DNA from: Trichoplax sp. H2
Taxonomy: Eukaryota
NCBI GenBank assembly: GCA_003344405.1
Contig: NOWV01000137.1
Coordinates: 1-64,000, forward strand
Direction of reading: 5' to 3'
Length of the DNA: 64,000 nt
Shown one piece after another: positions 1 to 12,400 of the stretch. Both the position numbers and the translations under genes were made by a program. Position 1 is the first letter of the stretch; each line of letters begins with the position of its first letter. The notes under the pieces were generated by a model that was given only the letters and a program-made list of their open reading frames with translations, was not told the DNA's origin and did not search any database.

Positions 1-162
1 TAACCCTAACCCTAACCCTAACCCTAACCCTAACCCTAACCCTAACCCTAACCCTAACCCTAACCCTAACCCTAACCCTAACCCTAACCCTAACCCTAAC
101 CCTAACCCTAACCCTAACCCTAACCCTAACCCTAACCCTAACCCTAACCCTAACCCTAACCC
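1..162. repeat. Telomeric repeat array (TAACCC)n = (TTAGGG)n on the - strand, about 27 perfect copies
   Basis: Perfect hexamer array from base 1, ending abruptly at ~162. C-rich strand on + as expected for a left chromosome end. Confidence 0.98.
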
Positions 163-1775
163 CATTTAGCACGGATTTCATATCTAATATCCATTACTGA
201 AAAGGTATCTAAAAAATAATTGAGTGTATATCTAGAGAAATTAAGGATTGTATTACTAATTATCCGTTCGATATCGATTCAGGATTTAACCTTTATTAAC
301 ACCATTGATGATACCGATAATTCTAAATTAAGTAACTGTAATTACAATTTTAGCTGTTTAATGCTCCTTAATTAAAAAATGATATTAAAGATTTTATCAT
401 TCATAAAAAATGAGTAGTTTGGATACATCTGTAAATCGAATGCAGAAGGTAGTCTCTACAAATTAGATGTCATTTAACCCTAACCATAAACGGCAATACA
501 AGTAGATACAACAGTGAATTAGATTCTCAATAGGGATTATATTGTTTTCTACGATTATTATTTTATCACTGATCATATTTATTGTGGTATATTTCATAAA
601 GTAAATGTGGATTTTGATCTAAAGTAGTCATATGCTTAATGAAATGAATACAAATCTATACTTGGATTGTTTCTCAATTAAACTTTTGTATTTATGAAAC
701 TGATACAACATACGTATCTTACTATAATATTAAGTAATGAAATGATATCGGTACTGAGCCAATGTTATTGTTTAACATAATTTTCTCTGTTTATGGGTAT
801 GTAATGATATTACATATAGATGTCGATTAAATCCAAGATTGTCTAGTGCTAATATAAATGAACCGGAAAAAAATTGAAATAATCACCACAACATCGGCCA
901 ACGGTTCTACGATGATATGAGGTTCTGCAAATTAGCAGCTAGCTGCTATATCATTAAGTTAGATTATGGCACAGATTTTTTTTGAAGTATTAGTTCCATC
1001 TTGAAAGTTCTTTATGAACATACGAACAAAGTCTGCAGTCTTCAACAGATCTGAAACTAGAATCGCCATCTTGAATAGCTTGCGTAAGTCTTACATTTTT
1101 ATGAGCGCAAAATAGTAAGTACTGATGAAGGTCAAGGACCAATTTTAATTATAGAGATTTGCTTAATCTGTTCTGGCGCCTCATAAATTATCTGTCGATT
1201 CTTATTTATTCAGCAAATTAATACACTGCAGATATACGATGTAAGTAACATTACAAATTTTCTGATGCCCAACACTATCTTAATTCTAAAAACAAAATTT
1301 TATTAGCAACTTTATACGATCTTAGATAATTAGCAAACATAGTTAAAAACAACTTATGAAACGTTTATCATGCTCAGATAGCAATCATCGTATTTATTCC
1401 TGAATGCCCTCAAATTTGTTACTGATCTACTGCTGATATAATCTAAAAGTACGCATAGTTTCTGTTACTTATGCTCAATGAAGCATGAGTCAAGTCGTTT
1501 AGACCCTTAAATATTCAACTAAGTCAAAATTTTAGGATAAAAGACAAGTCGAAAATTAGTTTTATGAAATTACTACCAATTACAGCTAGAATACAGTTAG
1601 CTAAGTGTCAAAGTCCGATTAGGTCTCCTGTCTTTAAAATCTAAATTTCTGATACCTTCTGCAATTATATAAAGTCATAGTAAAAATTATGAAAGATTGT
1701 TACGAAAAACTGCAACTTTGAAAACATTCCATGCGACGCTTTCCGTCCATCAGGATCTCGCTAGATCCAAAAAAT

Positions 1776-4700
1776 TTATTTCTTGTCACCCTTCGCTTTT
1801 AGTTTCTCCATTTCTACATAATAAGGGATCCTCACTGAATAATCAATTTAAGATCATAAAGAAACGGTATTGGACGATTACCTTGCTGAAGCTTTTGATT
1901 CTCTTGCGCTAATTCAGAGTTTCTGGATGACAAATAAATAGCATCTTGTATTGATTCTTCAAGAAGTGATCTATAGGATTGGTCCATGGTGGCTTTTTGC
2001 TGTTCAAAAACGTCCCTGTAGTTTCGGAAGGTCTAACGTACAATTCAGAAGAAACCTTTAATATCATGGGTCTTAATATACGGGTATATTCTATGCAGAG
2101 AGAAGCAGTCCTACTTGAAATTGCTGAAGTTTTTGAATTTCGAATGCTTCCTTATGGCGTTTATAAACATTGTTGATATCGTCCTCCAATCTTGCCTTTT
2201 CCTGTTGCAATTTACTGATCTACAAATTTGTCAACAGTAATTTACGAGTAAGTTAGTTTAAGAATCAATGATAAGACATGTACTATAAAACAATATATAC
2301 CTTTAATGTGAGTATTGATCGTTCAGCCTTCATTTCTATTAGATCATTCTCTAGCTTTAGTATTTGTTGTTGCGAGTACTCGATTCCTTCTGCCATTTTT
2401 AACTACAGTCAGAGTATAAATAGCTATTAGATTTACACGTGATGTTAGTTTTTGCCCAAACATGACAGTTTTACCTGTACTTCAGCTTTTTCCTGCTGAA
2501 TTTCAACTTTCATTCTTTCTAATTCTTCTTCAATTATTGCATCATCTTCCTTTTCTCGCTTTTTTCTTTCCTCTGCCTAGTATTTGTATTGTTTAACTCA
2601 TGTTATAAAGTAAGTAGACAATGAAACTGTTACTGCTGTACCTCTATGACTTGCTGTATTTCTAAATTGCCGCGGGAAGCACTGTATTGCATTTTAGCAT
2701 CCTTAAGTATAAATTATTAGTTTATTAATAACACTAACAGTTGACAGATTATTAAACTATATGGCTACCATTTTTCCTTTTTTCATTTTCTCTTGATTTT
2801 CTCTTAACCTTTTCTTGACATCTTTCAGGATTTCATTTTCGTGCTTCAATTTCTCTTTAACTTCATTAATTGCATTAACATATTGTTTGGTTTCTTCTTC
2901 TGATCGTTTATCTGAGTAGATTCATTAATATGAATTACATTAAATGGATTTAAAACATCAAGCATTTTCATATATAATAGGTTTGGATTAATAAAACAGA
3001 AACTGTACTTGATTCTCCAAGCTTTGAATATTCAGATATTCGATTTTGCAAGTCGTCTTTCATTTCATCGACAACACGCCTCTTTTCTTTGTATTCCAGA
3101 GAGAGCTATGCGTAGATTTATAGCAGATTAGTTAATTCAGTTCAATTTAATATTTCTTATTAGATTTTCTTGACGTATAACAAATAATCTTACTGAGTCC
3201 TTTTCTTGCTGCAAGGTAACCAATTTTTCTTTTACTTCTCGGGTATCTTTCTTGTGGATATCAAAAACCCATTCTATCATACCCTATTGGCGATACAATT
3301 GTTGTAATTTCAACATAAAACTATCATCAACATTGACTTAATCAAAATATTTGATTATTCGAACTGAAAATAACTTAATGTACCATTGCGCTTATGTATA
3401 CGTTACATAGCAGCTACCATCTCTAAATTTAACCACAGTACTCGTATACTAATATCACTTTTAGAGAAATGCTTTGATATCTCTAACCTTTTCAGCAAGA
3501 TTGCGACGTCGTTCTTCTTCGTAAATATCAGAGTAGCGTTCCTTCTCGTACCAGGTTTGTCTCTTTGCAACATTAAGGTCTTTAATCATATCCTGTTTTA
3601 AAATTTTGTTGGCATTGTAGGAAAATTTACTAGGTGCAGATCAAATCAGTCATTATAATCTAAATTGACCTCTAGCCTCTGGATGTCTTCCTTATTTTGC
3701 ACCGCTGCTTCTGGACTAGTTGAAGCAGTGGCTAATTTCTCTCTAAGTCTGTTTATCTCATCCCTAAGCTCTCTAATAACTCGCATATTGTCATCCTAGA
3801 TGCATAAACAAAATTGGAACCCGTTAAAATGCGTTAATGCTATGCATGTCAAGAAAGACAAAGCCAATAAAAAAATCTGAATGTTTTCAACATTTTAAGC
3901 TTATAATATTAATAACCTCTGTTTGCTTAATAGTGTTCTTAATGCTTCGAATAGACTGAGTAAAGTCCAACGTATTTAGCGTTTCCTGATATTTTTCACC
4001 TATAAATTGTTATTGGATTAACACTATGCTACATGATCCTACTTTTTGCTAAGTACCAACTTCGAAGCTATCTACTCGCAGCGAAATGCTATTTCAAGAG
4101 CCTTCTACCTGATGAAGAAACTGTTCCTATGAATACTGTACAGCTGTTACCGCCAAAAGCATCCTAATTGCACATTAGCGAGAAATAAGCAGAATAATAT
4201 AATCATATAACCATTCTTTAAAGAAAAGCATATACAATAGCAAATTGTAACCTGTAGTATTCGAGTGATTTTACTCTCTCTATATGGTATAACTGTTCGT
4301 TTCTTAGAATTTACGAGGTCTTGTACGACTTTATGAAGAGTGTTGACCCTAAATGAATGGTAGAGTTACTTAAGCATTTATATGTTCCCTAAATGAGAAT
4401 GAATATCTAGGGGCTGACAAAATAAATAATGGTTACACTATATATTCTGGCAATTACTAGCTTTTGAATGCCATAGAAGGGATATTCATTTCATGAGCAT
4501 TTGTCGAATACTTACCCTTTATTTGTCAGTTCATATCCTGATCCTTGACTATCCTTCTTCCGTGGTGGAGCTGCATATCATTTTTATTAAGTTATGAATA
4601 ATTGAATTTTTGAAAGCTTGAATAACAGTAACTAATTTTACCCAACCAATCTACATTACCAATAACCTCTAATTAATTTTCAGTTTACCTGTTATGCTGG

Positions 4701-6177
4701 CAATCACAATTTTGCTACGTAACCCGAGATCACCAGCATTTTCTTGTTGCTGTTCAATGGTTATGGTATATACATCGTCAGTTCTGCAATGATCGCATTG
4801 TTAGCCAAGTAGTTTGAAATATACGAGTATGAGCAAAATTCTTAATAAATTTAAAGTAATCAATTAATTTTAATTAACCGTACTTTCTTGCTGCACCACC
4901 ACCTTTCTGGTCTTTCAACAGCTTTTTAACGCGACTACCTTGCTCATATAATTTCGTACAATCTTCGCTTGAGCGTACAACAATTTCAGAAAGACCATCT
5001 ATGTATCTGTGTAAAAGATATTAATGACGCTAATTTTACTTCAAATTCAAAAATAAAACTAAGTGTCGACAAAAAATATTTTAAACGTCTTCCTTACAAG
5101 CCTAACTGCGGATGTTGTCTAATTTTCATTTCGTTTGAATGAGGATTTAGCAAATCTTGCATTTCTTCATCTCTAACCTATTCGATTTCTAACTGTTAGT
5201 TATATAAGTACAATATATAATTTTAAATCGAAATTAGCGTAGAAAGACCTCGAGAAATGAAGCAGTTGTAAGACAGCGTTTTCCAGATGATTGTAATCCT
5301 TTGAAAATGGCCTGTGATAGCTGGAATGAATTATAATTATAACACACTTGAAACATAAATCTGGTGCAAAACATCGATAACAACTATGCATCTATACATT
5401 AATTAATTCAATAAAGTTGCTAAATTTAGATACTAGTAAGAAAGATCTTCCTACCAGAGGTACAATTCCAACTTGGTCTTCATTTCCTGACAAAGTATGG
5501 GTTTTACCAGTACCAGCCTTAGCAAAGTAGTTAACGATATCTTTAGCACGATAGATAGTGTACTACAATTAAGAAATATTTACAAAGTACCTGTCCGTAA
5601 GTAACAATTGTTAAGTTCTTTCCAGATAGTGCTTTTTTAATTAGCGGCTCAACAGCATCATGGTATATGCTATCCTAATATTAATGAAACATTATTAGAC
5701 GTTATTTTTTTATTTCACATCCAAAATAACACCATTGCATAAATGACATCCAGTTTGCATACAGTTTTTGCGTCTGATGAGAAGCTGTAGTCGAAAGCAA
5801 AAGTTTGTTCCTGAAAGACAACAGCAGTAATAAAACGTTTTAGTAATAGTTAGGCAGGCGTTCATCTTTTACTATTTCGCATTAAATCAAAGTACTTAAT
5901 ATTTTCCTAAAGTTTTCATGAAATTTGATGCAATTACTGTTTACATGTACCTTGGTATCATTTCCAGAAGGATTAGGATTATGAATAATAACTTTTTCGT
6001 TGTGCATTTTAATGATTTTGGTTGCTCCTTGACCAGATTCAGAAGCTGTAATATCATTAACAGCATAGGCAAGTTCAGTTAGAGGAATAGAATTACAGAA
6101 AAACAAACAGAACAACATAAACCGATATTAAGCCTACCAGAGAAGGGACGACATCGGATAGAGGTTATTATATTCAT
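1776..6177 (-). CDS. Kinesin-like protein, multi-exon: N-terminal motor domain with degenerate switch motifs, long C-terminal coiled coil
   Basis: Hand-spliced GT-AG exons give MNIITSIRCRPF, EQTFAFDYSF, TIVTYGQ|AGTGKTHTLSG (P-loop), ASFLE|VRDEEMQDLLNP, IRQHPQLGL|YIDGLSE, IPYRESKITRILQ|DAFGGNSCT, YQETLNTLDF and neck DDNMRVIRELRDEINRLREKL. Stop TAA at 1776-1778. The true start may be an ATG|gt exon at 6897-6895 (MEESMNII). Confidence 0.9.
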
Positions 6178-7537
6178 AGATTCTTCCTAACAATGGTTAG
6201 ATCCGCAAATTGCGATAAAAATATTGAAAGATACGAGATTAATTTACTGCGCTAATTATCCTAACTTGCCATTATTTAGTGATTGAAATGAAATCAGTAA
6301 TGCTAAATCATAACACATAGTGATACAGTTGGCTTATAAAAGCATTTAAATTGACTATAAGCATAAACAATTATGAAGAGAATAACCTTGTTTGAATAGA
6401 TTAAACTGTATCTTGTTTTATAAAAGAGGAAGTACACGATATACTATATCTACTCCAATTGAACGAATAGATGAGTGAGTATGAACGTAATAAGTTAAGA
6501 AATTTTTAGCTTGTATAAAATCTCAATTTTAAGGAGCTAGATATTGCTATATCAACGGGGGAAATAAGAAACTGTGTTAAAATGATTTCACAGCGAAGTT
6601 TAGTTGCTTACATGCCGTATACACATGTACATGTCCAGTTAAATTAGTTATCATCGAGCATTCTATATCGAAATCGCATGCTTAGATAACATTTTTACTG
6701 TTAACTTGCTAAAATCGCATGTATAAATTTACTACAACAATCCTCACTAATATAGACCGAAAATCTGTCACTTACGGTACAGAACATAATAACTAGCAGG
6801 AATAACAAACAGAAATATATCACCATTAAGTGTTAACCAATATTATAAATTCTTTGACATTTGAAGCAACATGTAGTAAGGGAATTATTCATACCATGTT
6901 TGTGCCTCTGGTAATTTTCTTCCTGATTTGTGTATTTGTTATTCAAAAGTTCACCTTCGTGTCCCGTAGGCACTAGTTGCTAGTATTGATAGTCGAAGGT
7001 AGCAGTTATAACTACGGGATTAAACAAAATGCTTTACAGTAAATTGTGGTCAAAGCTTTTACAGATCGAAACTTTTCAATAAAATTGTGAATAACAGCGA
7101 CTGGTCTCCAGTAGTAAAGCGATGTAAAGCTTGGACTTACACTTGGAAAGTGCATCTATTTTAAGTGATCTATCTCCAATTAATTAGCTATGGCACAGTA
7201 CACAGGTGGATACCGTTGCGGTATATGGTACCGTACAGTATTTCTCTTGCAGTATAACAGCGATATTAAAAGTGACTGATGATCAACACAGTGCAACTGG
7301 CTATTTCAGGGCCGTTACCAGCGCAACTGCATGATTAAAATAGCTAGCACTATGGTAATTAATAAAGACGGCATTAATGAAGGGAAAACTCCTTTTGCAG
7401 CAATAAGTACAAGAAAATTGCATACTGAAACATTTAGCTCGTTAGCTAGAAATAGCAGTACTGTATTGGTACTGTAGCATGTTATTTGAATTCTGTAAGA
7501 TGCCCCGTCCTTTTCTCGTATGACGCAGAACATGACT

Positions 7538-7565
7538 ATTATGACGTCATAATCTCTATAGCAAC
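7538..7565. promoter_or_regulatory. Composite CRE palindrome plus RFX X-box in the kinesin/PCM1 divergent spacer
   Basis: ATTATGACGTCATAAT (7538-7553) is a perfect 16-bp palindrome with a TGACGTCA core. It overlaps ATCTCTATAGCAAC (7552-7565), which fits the X-box consensus RTHNYYWTRRNRAC. Confidence 0.55.
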
Positions 7566-7739
7566 GCTATTTCAACGCTGTGTAGAATGTAATTGGGCAT
7601 ACTTATGGCATCGTACTGAAACGGGACTCTCCATTGACCATTTTAGTATTCCCCAAATTTCCAACCGGAGATGTTTTAAAGTAATTATCGAGTCTTGCAG
7701 AAGTTTTAAGCAGAAGATCTCTGCAATCTTTATGTGAGA

Positions 7740-8360
7740 TTGTAGTACAGTACAGTGCTGCACTATGCTATACCGGTGAGGAAACTTTATGTACTGTATA
7801 GTACAGGTATACAGTGTGAACGAAATCAGCTCTGATGATAAGCACTGCAGTAATACTGTGCATTGTGCAGCATTGTACCATGCCTGTATCGCGCCTGATC
7901 GCGCCGAAATATTAAAAAAAAAAATGATTTATTTATTTAACTGCCCGACTTGGCCAATTTATTTTATAATATAGTATAAACTACCATTCAGTTTCAACTT
8001 GCAACTAAGAAAGAGTATTACGCTGTCAGATTGTTTTACGCCTTATCACGCAGCCTAGTTCAGAATTTTGTATACAATCTACGCTCTGGCTCCGGCTAGA
8101 CGGATACAGATCTGTTTTCACATGCAGACTGCTGACCATTTAACGTGGAATTCAGTATACCGTACTGTACTTCCGTACAGTGTACAGTACAGTCCAGTAT
8201 TCCTTTGCTATAACCGTACTGTATTGTACAGTACACAGTGTACAGTACTGTACAAGTGTACTGTACAGCCTGAGTACAGCATACCGTACAGTACACGGCG
8301 CAATCGCGCAAATGAATAATCCTGCGTTGTACATACTGTATACATACACTGTAGAGAAGT
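7740..8360. repeat. Low-complexity self-complementary TACAG/CTGTA/GTAC array upstream of PCM1
   Basis: Dense tacagt/actgta units, including the perfect palindrome TGTACAGTACTGTACA at 8239-8254. Confidence 0.75.
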
Positions 8361-9471
8361 ACATCAAGCTCGGGTAGATCTTTGGCGCTTCCTGGAAGGA
8401 CTGGTATTTCAACAGTTTGACCGATATTTTATCCTATTTGATCCTTCTACGTCTAACCCACTGGTCGCCCTGGCTGCAGTCAGATGGTAAGAAATAGACA
8501 TTATAAAGTACCGTGTCATTTCAGCCTCGATTTTCTCGATGGAGTTAATTTTGAATTAATCATACACGTCTGATCAACGGGTTAATTTCATGACAACAAG
8601 TGCATCAAACGCGTTCTTATATTGGCAGTGCATGATATACAAAATTGAGAGAAAATTCCCAAAGAAATCAATATCGCATAAGTTATCACTGGAAATTACT
8701 GTAATGTAGTGTACAGTCATATGTATCTTGAAATAAAGACTTGAAGATAATTGAGAAAACAAACATGTAATAAGACTCTTCTAGCTACCGAGCTACTGTT
8801 GCAACGTGGAGGCGGATTCGATGAAGTTGTTTGTGTCTATCAATCAGAATCGATAGACCTGTATTATAAGTAATATTAAGCACTATATACAGACGACACA
8901 GTTTACTAGACGACGTCCACAACATCAGCTAGACACTATCTTGGTATTCACCGTTACGGTCGTTATCTTGTGGCATCTACTTTACCGGAATAGATCCTGT
9001 CTGGAAGGACAGGCTATGTACCAACTACTGAGATAATTACAATCTGTAATAAGTCCAATAGTTACATTTTACAACGTACCTAGCGATTTTCAAAATCATT
9101 GTCAGCAATGACTTGTAAAGCATATGCACAGTAATTTCTTTATTAGAATCATCAAAACTTAAATATTTCACCATTATCTGTATGTGGTAGAAAATTACCA
9201 ATAGCTACTATTGCAGTAAATAAGACGTCATGATTTGACGATGTCGTTCATTAATTACGGTTATATTAATAGTATCAAAGCTTACCCTTATACTGCATCT
9301 GCTGAAGGTGGATAAATGAATGCATGACAGTCAAATAGTATTAAAAGCCGGTACTATCGATTGAATCGATCTTTTAAGTATAAATAAGGCGACCATAGGG
9401 AGTTAGAAAAATAGATATCTATATTCTATACTGTGACAATGTGCCGATGTCATTGGTGTTCTAGGTAAGAG

Positions 9472-12400
9472 ATGGCTTCCAACTTGAAATACAGCAGCTC
9501 TTCCGAACCGAGACCAAAGCATTTACGGGTGTCAAGAATAACAAATGATCGCACACTAGCTCAATCTGCGCCAAAGCCGTCAAGCAAGGTGAATGGCATA
9601 ATACTTTATCATATAGCATGGTTTATCCTGCACTATGCCGTTTTATATCAATTGGACAATTCTTAAATGACAAAGTGTTAAATTGCTGAGAAGCCCATGT
9701 TATTGATAGACGTGCATGCTATAATTCCTATTGTAGTAATTATAGTTAATCAAGCTGCTACTTTTAATCTTAATCAACTTCCCTATGTTGTTATAAAAAT
9801 TCGTCATATTTTACTTATACACGTACTTAATACTATACTAGAAGAATGCGACGACACCGTTAGCTACTATGCAAAGTGCTCCTTCGAATGAAAGGTAATT
9901 GAAAATTGATTTGACAGTCATAATAGGAAACGCAGACTACGAAGATCATATGTATTGATTGGCAGCTATAGTAATAACGATGCATAATTAATATGACAAT
10001 ATACGTTGCATACGTGTTGTAAATTTTTGCATATTTTAGCCATCGATTAAAAGATACCATCAATAGAAAAATTGCATTTGATGTTGATGAAGAAGAAATA
10101 GTGAGTTCAACGATATTTCTGTTTATTGCCCCTGTTGAATAAAAATTCCGTAATATGAAATCCTTAAAAATTGTTATTCCTTCTTTCTTTTATTGCAGAA
10201 TTCGATGGAGAACGGAATAGATGATATCGAATCGTTTACTACGGAAAATCAAAGCGATATATCAGAAGCGGTTAGTTTGATGATAGTTATACTGTACGTT
10301 ATCTGCTATGAATACGTGTACTTTTAGCACTTCTTTCTTAGTTTTAAAATAACAAGACATCCACTAAATGTAATATAACTGCTCCTCTATACTGTAGATT
10401 GACTCTCAGATGGTTTATGAACGCCTGATGCAAGTGAGGGTAAGCTAACACTTTATTGTAGTAACTGTAATATTGTAGATTAATCTGAAATGTTTTACTC
10501 TGTGTGCAATAACAGAAATTTCTTAAGCAAGTTACGCAAAGATATAAAGAACTTCAAACTATAGAAGTTAATGATGATGGTAGAAAGGTATTTGTGACTT
10601 ATATCTAATACCATTTTCCATTTAATTCTAACAATTGACTTTGTGCTCATGAATACAGAATTTGTATGCACAGCAAAAAATCAGACTTGCTGGATTTATT
10701 AAGACATTAAAGGGACAGGAGCAAGGATATTTAGATCTGATGAGAAAAGTTATGGTAGGTATTTCATTGCAAATGAAACTACATGTGGTATATTTGCAAA
10801 TATTGTGTTAATAGTTTGATTTATCCTCTGAAACCGAACCCTAACTAGAATACTGAGAATGTAAGATCTGAGGCAGACACAGAAAGCAATCTTTCGGAAA
10901 CATTGCGATACGATGATCAAATTGAAACTAATAATCCAACGAATGACTTAGTAATTGATGACTCTAAATTGCTAACAATTTTACAGTTAGATTGTTTCTT
11001 TGCTTACTCGCTTAGATCTAAGTCGAATGCTCTATTGCAGGCGGATGCAACGGAAGATGCCGCAGAAGAGATGAATGCTTTACGAAATAAATATGCGATT
11101 ATGCAAAATATCCTTACGCAACAAAAGGAGGTAAATCGCTGGATATCAGAAGTAAATTATAAAATTTGGATTGATTAAAGGTTTAGTAAATTTTAGCATT
11201 GTCTACGGTTATTAGCTGAATGAACTTCGTAGTCGTCAGGCCGCTTTAGTTGCATTGCAACAGCGATCGCAAGACCGACAACACGATTTAAAGGTAATTG
11301 TAAAAGAGATCGTATTGCTATCCTATTCATGGCTTCAAGGTTGTTTTTAATACTAATTGAATGAACGTGTTTGCTCAGGATGCATCGAATGACCTATTTG
11401 CGGAGGCAGAACTACCAACAAAAATTGAAAATGTCAGATATGATTTACACTTATCATATTTAACATGAAACAAACTTACTGTCGCAACTCCTTTATTGCC
11501 GATTTAGGATGAAACGGATAAAAGTAGTGAACCTGAAAGCGCTAATAAACGACAAGCTGAACTTTTAAACAAGATGCTACTATTGAAACATCGGCAACAG
11601 CAGTTAGACGATCTAATAAATCAATATCGTAGCGAGAAACAGCAGATACTTCAAGGTTGTGTATTCCGTTGAATGGGGATAATGTTGATAACAGATAAAA
11701 ATTTAAATTAATGAAGAACTTGGTATAGTAAAGTTGGAGTAGCTCAGAATCAGTTTATAAAGTACTATAGTATGCACTACAGAAAAATGACGATAGTTAT
11801 TTGTTAAATTTATAAGTATCAGTAGGCGATTCGAAAAATGCCAGGAATATCGATAGCAATGAAAGGTATCTTCTGTAAAATTTTTCTTTCAATAATGACA
11901 TCGAACGTATTGTAACATATAAGTGTATTCCTGTTTTTAACAGCATTCAAGATACAGAAAGTATGGAAAAATTTGCTGACGTCAATGATGATCCGGAGTT
12001 ACTGCAAAAATTAAGGTTAAATTCAAGCATCCTTTATTTTGATTTTAATACTGAAAGCCTAGATCTTATTCAATTTCTAAAACATCTTATCTTAAATTAA
12101 TCAGATTATTGCAAGAATCACGATCGCGTGTCGCTCGTTTAAAGGAATTAATTCCTGAGGTTCGTCTAATGTTTTAGATATTTAGCTGAAATTTTACTCG
12201 GATATCTGATATAAGTCATCAAACATAAAATAGTCGTCAGAATCGATGGCATCATCACAGGTTGTAATAGATGATGAGGAAGAGAATGCCGGTAGCAGTT
12301 CGATAGACGACAGTCTAGCTATTTCAACGGAAGACCCTGAAATCCAAGAGAAATTAACGTAAGAACTATAGTAACTAGAACTTGTTTGCAATGCCTGAAA

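Noticed and set aside
1697-2176. Short + strand ORFs near the telomere
   Set aside because: Antisense to the kinesin's terminal exons.
8068-8412. Four overlapping ORFs rich in Y/C/T/V/Q
   Set aside because: Artefacts of the stop-poor TACAG/CTGTA array; no protein signature.
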